Made by a program: the position numbers and the translations under genes. Shown here in pieces: positions 21,528-24,000 of a stretch of 24,000 nt of DNA; positions within the stretch are counted from its first letter, which is position 1, and every line of letters starts with the position of its first letter. Where the stretch lies: NCBI RefSeq assembly GCF_000091665.1, contig NC_000909.1, positions 628,485 through 652,484 of the forward strand, read 5' to 3'. The stretch is from Methanocaldococcus jannaschii DSM 2661. GTDB taxonomy: Archaea; AGJL01; Methanococci; Methanococcales; Methanocaldococcaceae. Below the pieces are notes generated by a model. The model had not been told where the DNA came from, ran no database searches, and saw only the letters and a program-made list of their open reading frames with translations.

Positions 21528-21974
21528 ATGGCATTAAAATTCACCATTGAAGAGTTATCAAATCAAAAAAGAGATACATTAGGAAGAAATATTGACGTAA
21601 CTGTTTTTAGATTAATAAGATTTATGGATTTGGAAAGATATTTAGGAAGAGGGGCTCATGGAGTTATTTACGAATGTGGAAGAGAGCTTGGACTGGCATT
21701 AAATCCAAAAACTGTTGAAGATGTAGTTAAGTTTTGTGAGGAATATAAAATTGGAAAGGTGGAGATAGTTAATAAAGAGCCATTGTAAATTAGGGTTTAT
21801 GAATGTATCTCTTGTTCTGGACTTCCTGAGGTTGGAGAGACATTATGTTGGTTTGAAGGAGGCTTTATTGCTGGATGCTTAGAAAAAATATTAAACAAGA
21901 GAGTTAGAGTGAAAGAAACTCACTGTGCAGGTTTGGGGCATGATTTCTGTCAGTTTGAGGTAAAAGTCCTTTAA
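21528..21974 (+). pseudogene. V4R-domain protein interrupted by an in-frame TAA at 21786-21788
   Basis: ATG at 21528 after an AGGTGAT RBS. The first part ends ...VEIVNKEPL*. The same frame continues IRVYECISCSGLPEVGETLCWFEGGFIAGCLEKILNKRVRVKETHCAGLGHDFCQFEVKVL*, which is the Cys-rich core of the V4R fold. Confidence 0.7.
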
Positions 21975-22330
21975 TGATATTTTTTCATCTCATTTATTAT
22001 ATATTCTAAAGCTTCAAAACCCTCTTTTCTATGTCTTGCAAAAACGGCTATTGAAGCAATCCTCTCCCCAATACTTAAAAATCCAGTGTTGTGGTAAAAT
22101 AAGATATCAATAACATCAAACTTATTTTTTGCCTCCTCAATAACTAACTTCAACTTTTCTAAGATGTCTTCATCTATCTTCATTCCTTTTGATGGAACTT
22201 TTTCTCCATCTTTTAAATCATACTCCCTAACAAATCCATTGAAAGTTACAATACATCCAAATTTCCCTTTGTATTTTTCAATACATTCATCCATCTTTTT
22301 GCAAAACTCTTCATACTCGTTAAAAATCAT
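21971..22330 (-). CDS. MoaE-like protein (molybdopterin synthase catalytic subunit family), short form
   Basis: 119 aa. GCIVTFNGFVRE and ..FYHNTGFLSIGERIASIAVFARHRKEGFEALEYIINEMKK align with E. coli MoaE GAVVTFTGKVRN and ..IHRIGELWPGDEIVFVGVTSAHRSSAFEAGQFIMDYLK. Lacks the usual C-terminal roughly 30 aa. Confidence 0.75.
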   Translation of the reverse strand: MIFNEYEEFCKKMDECIEKYKGKFGCIVTFNGFVREYDLKDGEKVPSKGMKIDEDILEKLKLVIEEAKNKFDVIDILFYHNTGFLSIGERIASIAVFARHRKEGFEALEYIINEMKKYH

Positions 22331-22349
22331 TTTCTCACCTAAAAATGTT

Positions 22350-23516
22350 TTATAATATTAAATATCCCAAAACTAAGCTTAGTAATACAACTAATAACAT
22401 ATTATATTTTTTATACAACAATAGAAATGATACAATAAATATTATTAATGCCTGTATTGACCAATCAACTAAGAGTGCAAATCTTATAGTTACTGCTACC
22501 AGCAAGCCAACGAATGATACTAATATCATATGTAAAATATTCTTGAAAATGGTATTATGTTTTAAACTGTCAAATATTGGAATTGAAGATAACAATATTA
22601 TGAACGAAGGTGTAAAAACGCTTATAGTAGAAATAATACTTCCAATAAAACCTCCAACAATATATCCTACAAATGTGGCAGTTATTACTATGGGTCCTGG
22701 CGTTATTTGCCCTAATGCAATTCCATCCATAAAGGTTTTAGCATCCATTAGATTGTATTTATCTACAACCTCATGCAACATAAAGGGAACTGACCCATAT
22801 CCCCCACCAAAAGCAAAAACATCAACTTTCATCATAAGTGTTGAAAGTAGGAATAATTTTGAATCAATCATATAAAGAATTAAATTAAATAAAAACACTC
22901 CAAATAACAGATAAGCCACATATTTATATATTCTTAACTTTTCTCTTGGTATATCTATCTTTAATGAAAGTTTTGTAATATCACGCCTATACATTAAAAA
23001 TCCAATAAATATCGATACAAAGATAACAATAAACGGACTAAATTTTAAAATAAATAATAATGCCGATATTAAAAGTAAAAAAACATCCCCGATAGTTCTA
23101 ATATTTTTTTTACTAAAGTTTAGTGTTCCATTAGCAGCTAATGATACCACAATAATTCTTAAAGCCTCAAAAATTGAAACAGTTTTTGGCAAAGATTTAA
23201 CATGCATATATATAATTGTTAAAAATAACATGATTAAAAACGCAGGCAATGCATAAGCCATAAAAGCAGCAAAAGCTCCTACAATCCCTCTAAGATAAAA
23301 CCCAACATAAGCCGCTACTTGCATCACAGAAGCTCCAGGAATTATTTGAGCTAAAGCAACTCCATTATTAAAACTTTTTTCATCCATCCATTTTTTCTCA
23401 TCTACTACCATTTCTCTGACATAGGCAATTGCTGTTGGTCCCCCAAATGCTACCATCCCAAGTTTTAAAAAAGACATAAAAATATTTAAAGCAGAAGGAT
23501 TATTCCTTTTTTCCAT
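22350..23516 (-). CDS. chrA: chromate ion transporter (CHR) family protein, duplicated-domain type
   Basis: Two CHR repeats (AFGGPTAIAYVRE... and AFGGGYGSVPFMLHE...) with IPG/TPGP motifs. Start probably MEKRNNP at 23516. The upstream MMMHPMNK extension overlaps an intergenic hairpin. Confidence 0.85.
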   Translation of the reverse strand: MEKRNNPSALNIFMSFLKLGMVAFGGPTAIAYVREMVVDEKKWMDEKSFNNGVALAQIIPGASVMQVAAYVGFYLRGIVGAFAAFMAYALPAFLIMLFLTIIYMHVKSLPKTVSIFEALRIIVVSLAANGTLNFSKKNIRTIGDVFLLLISALLFILKFSPFIVIFVSIFIGFLMYRRDITKLSLKIDIPREKLRIYKYVAYLLFGVFLFNLILYMIDSKLFLLSTLMMKVDVFAFGGGYGSVPFMLHEVVDKYNLMDAKTFMDGIALGQITPGPIVITATFVGYIVGGFIGSIISTISVFTPSFIILLSSIPIFDSLKHNTIFKNILHMILVSFVGLLVAVTIRFALLVDWSIQALIIFIVSFLLLYKKYNMLLVVLLSLVLGYLIL

Positions 23517-23583
23517 TTTATCCCTTTTATTAGTTTTATTCATTGGATGCATCATCATCGCTTCGCTCGATGATGCCTCTTAG

Positions 23584-24000
23584 TTATTCATCAACATAAT
23601 AATACTCTCCTTTTTCCTTCTGCATAATATCTCTTTGACTTCCTTCTTTATTAGCTCTTGGCCTTCCTGTCTCTGGGTCTCTTCTAAATGTAATTTGCAT
23701 TTCTTTTAAGAATTTGTTAGCTCCATCTCTCTTATTCATTGGACTACTACCAACTCCAAACTTCCCTGGCTCTCCACTGAATACAATAAATCTATCTGAA
23801 ATGTAGTCTTGGAATAGTATGTCGTGGTCAACAACAAACATTCCAGCCTCTTTTTCATCTGCAATTCTTCTTATTACTTTTGAAACTCTCAATCTCTGCT
23901 CAACATCTAAAAATGCAGATGGCTCATCCAATAAATAGATATCAGCGTCTCTACTTAAGCAGGCAGCAATAGCAACCCTCTGCAACTCTCCACCTGACAA
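23584..24000 (-). CDS. ABCE1 / RNase L inhibitor-type ribosome-recycling ATPase, C-terminal part (gene continues beyond the window)
   Basis: (L)SGGELQRVAIAA ABC signature, Walker B IYLLDEPSAFLD, H-loop VVDHD, and the conserved C-terminal RPRANK...YYY tail. Confidence 0.9.
   Translation of the reverse strand: MSGGELQRVAIAACLSRDADIYLLDEPSAFLDVEQRLRVSKVIRRIADEKEAGMFVVDHDILFQDYISDRFIVFSGEPGKFGVGSSPMNKRDGANKFLKEMQITFRRDPETGRPRANKEGSQRDIMQKEKGEYYYVDE

Overview
AT-rich (about 30% GC) archaeal chromosome with a sharply GC-rich stable-RNA island. Gene content and order match a hyperthermophilic Methanococcales genome. From memory it resembles the Methanocaldococcus jannaschii MJ0702-MJ0719 region, but this was not verified by search. 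Left to right: PolD small subunit (5'-truncated), a HisA/HisF-family barrel, two uncharacterised membrane proteins, HMG-CoA reductase, a SpoIIM/DUF95 membrane protein, ribosomal protein L40e (47 aa, missing from the ORF track), Tsr3, a MATE transporter and a THUMP tRNA methyltransferase. A 6.2-kb stable-RNA block follows: six tRNAs (Phe, Asn, Met/Ile2-CAT, Glu, Leu, His), 16S, tRNA-Ala, 23S, 5S and RNase P RNA. After it come a DUF155-like protein, G1P dehydrogenase EgsA, HypF, a Roadblock/LC7 protein, an Hmd paralog, a V4R-domain gene, a short MoaE-like gene, ChrA and the 3' part of ABCE1/RLI. Every ORF-track entry between about 9.3 and 15.4 kb is an artefact of stop-poor GC-rich RNA genes. 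Points worth a second look: (1) a repeated nested-hairpin element of about 90-120 nt. It has a 13-15 bp outer stem that differs in sequence between copies but stays complementary, a 62-68 nt AT-rich loop and a conserved inner hairpin. Three full copies bracket the rRNA transcription units, and two degenerate copies sit at the 3' ends of tsr3 and hypF. (2) A 42-nt diverged duplicate of the hypF 3' coding end, differing almost only at codon third positions, with about 72 nt of GC-rich structured sequence between the copies. (3) An in-frame TAA splitting an otherwise intact V4R-domain gene. No CRISPR array, IS element or defence system was recognised. Most of the window is housekeeping.
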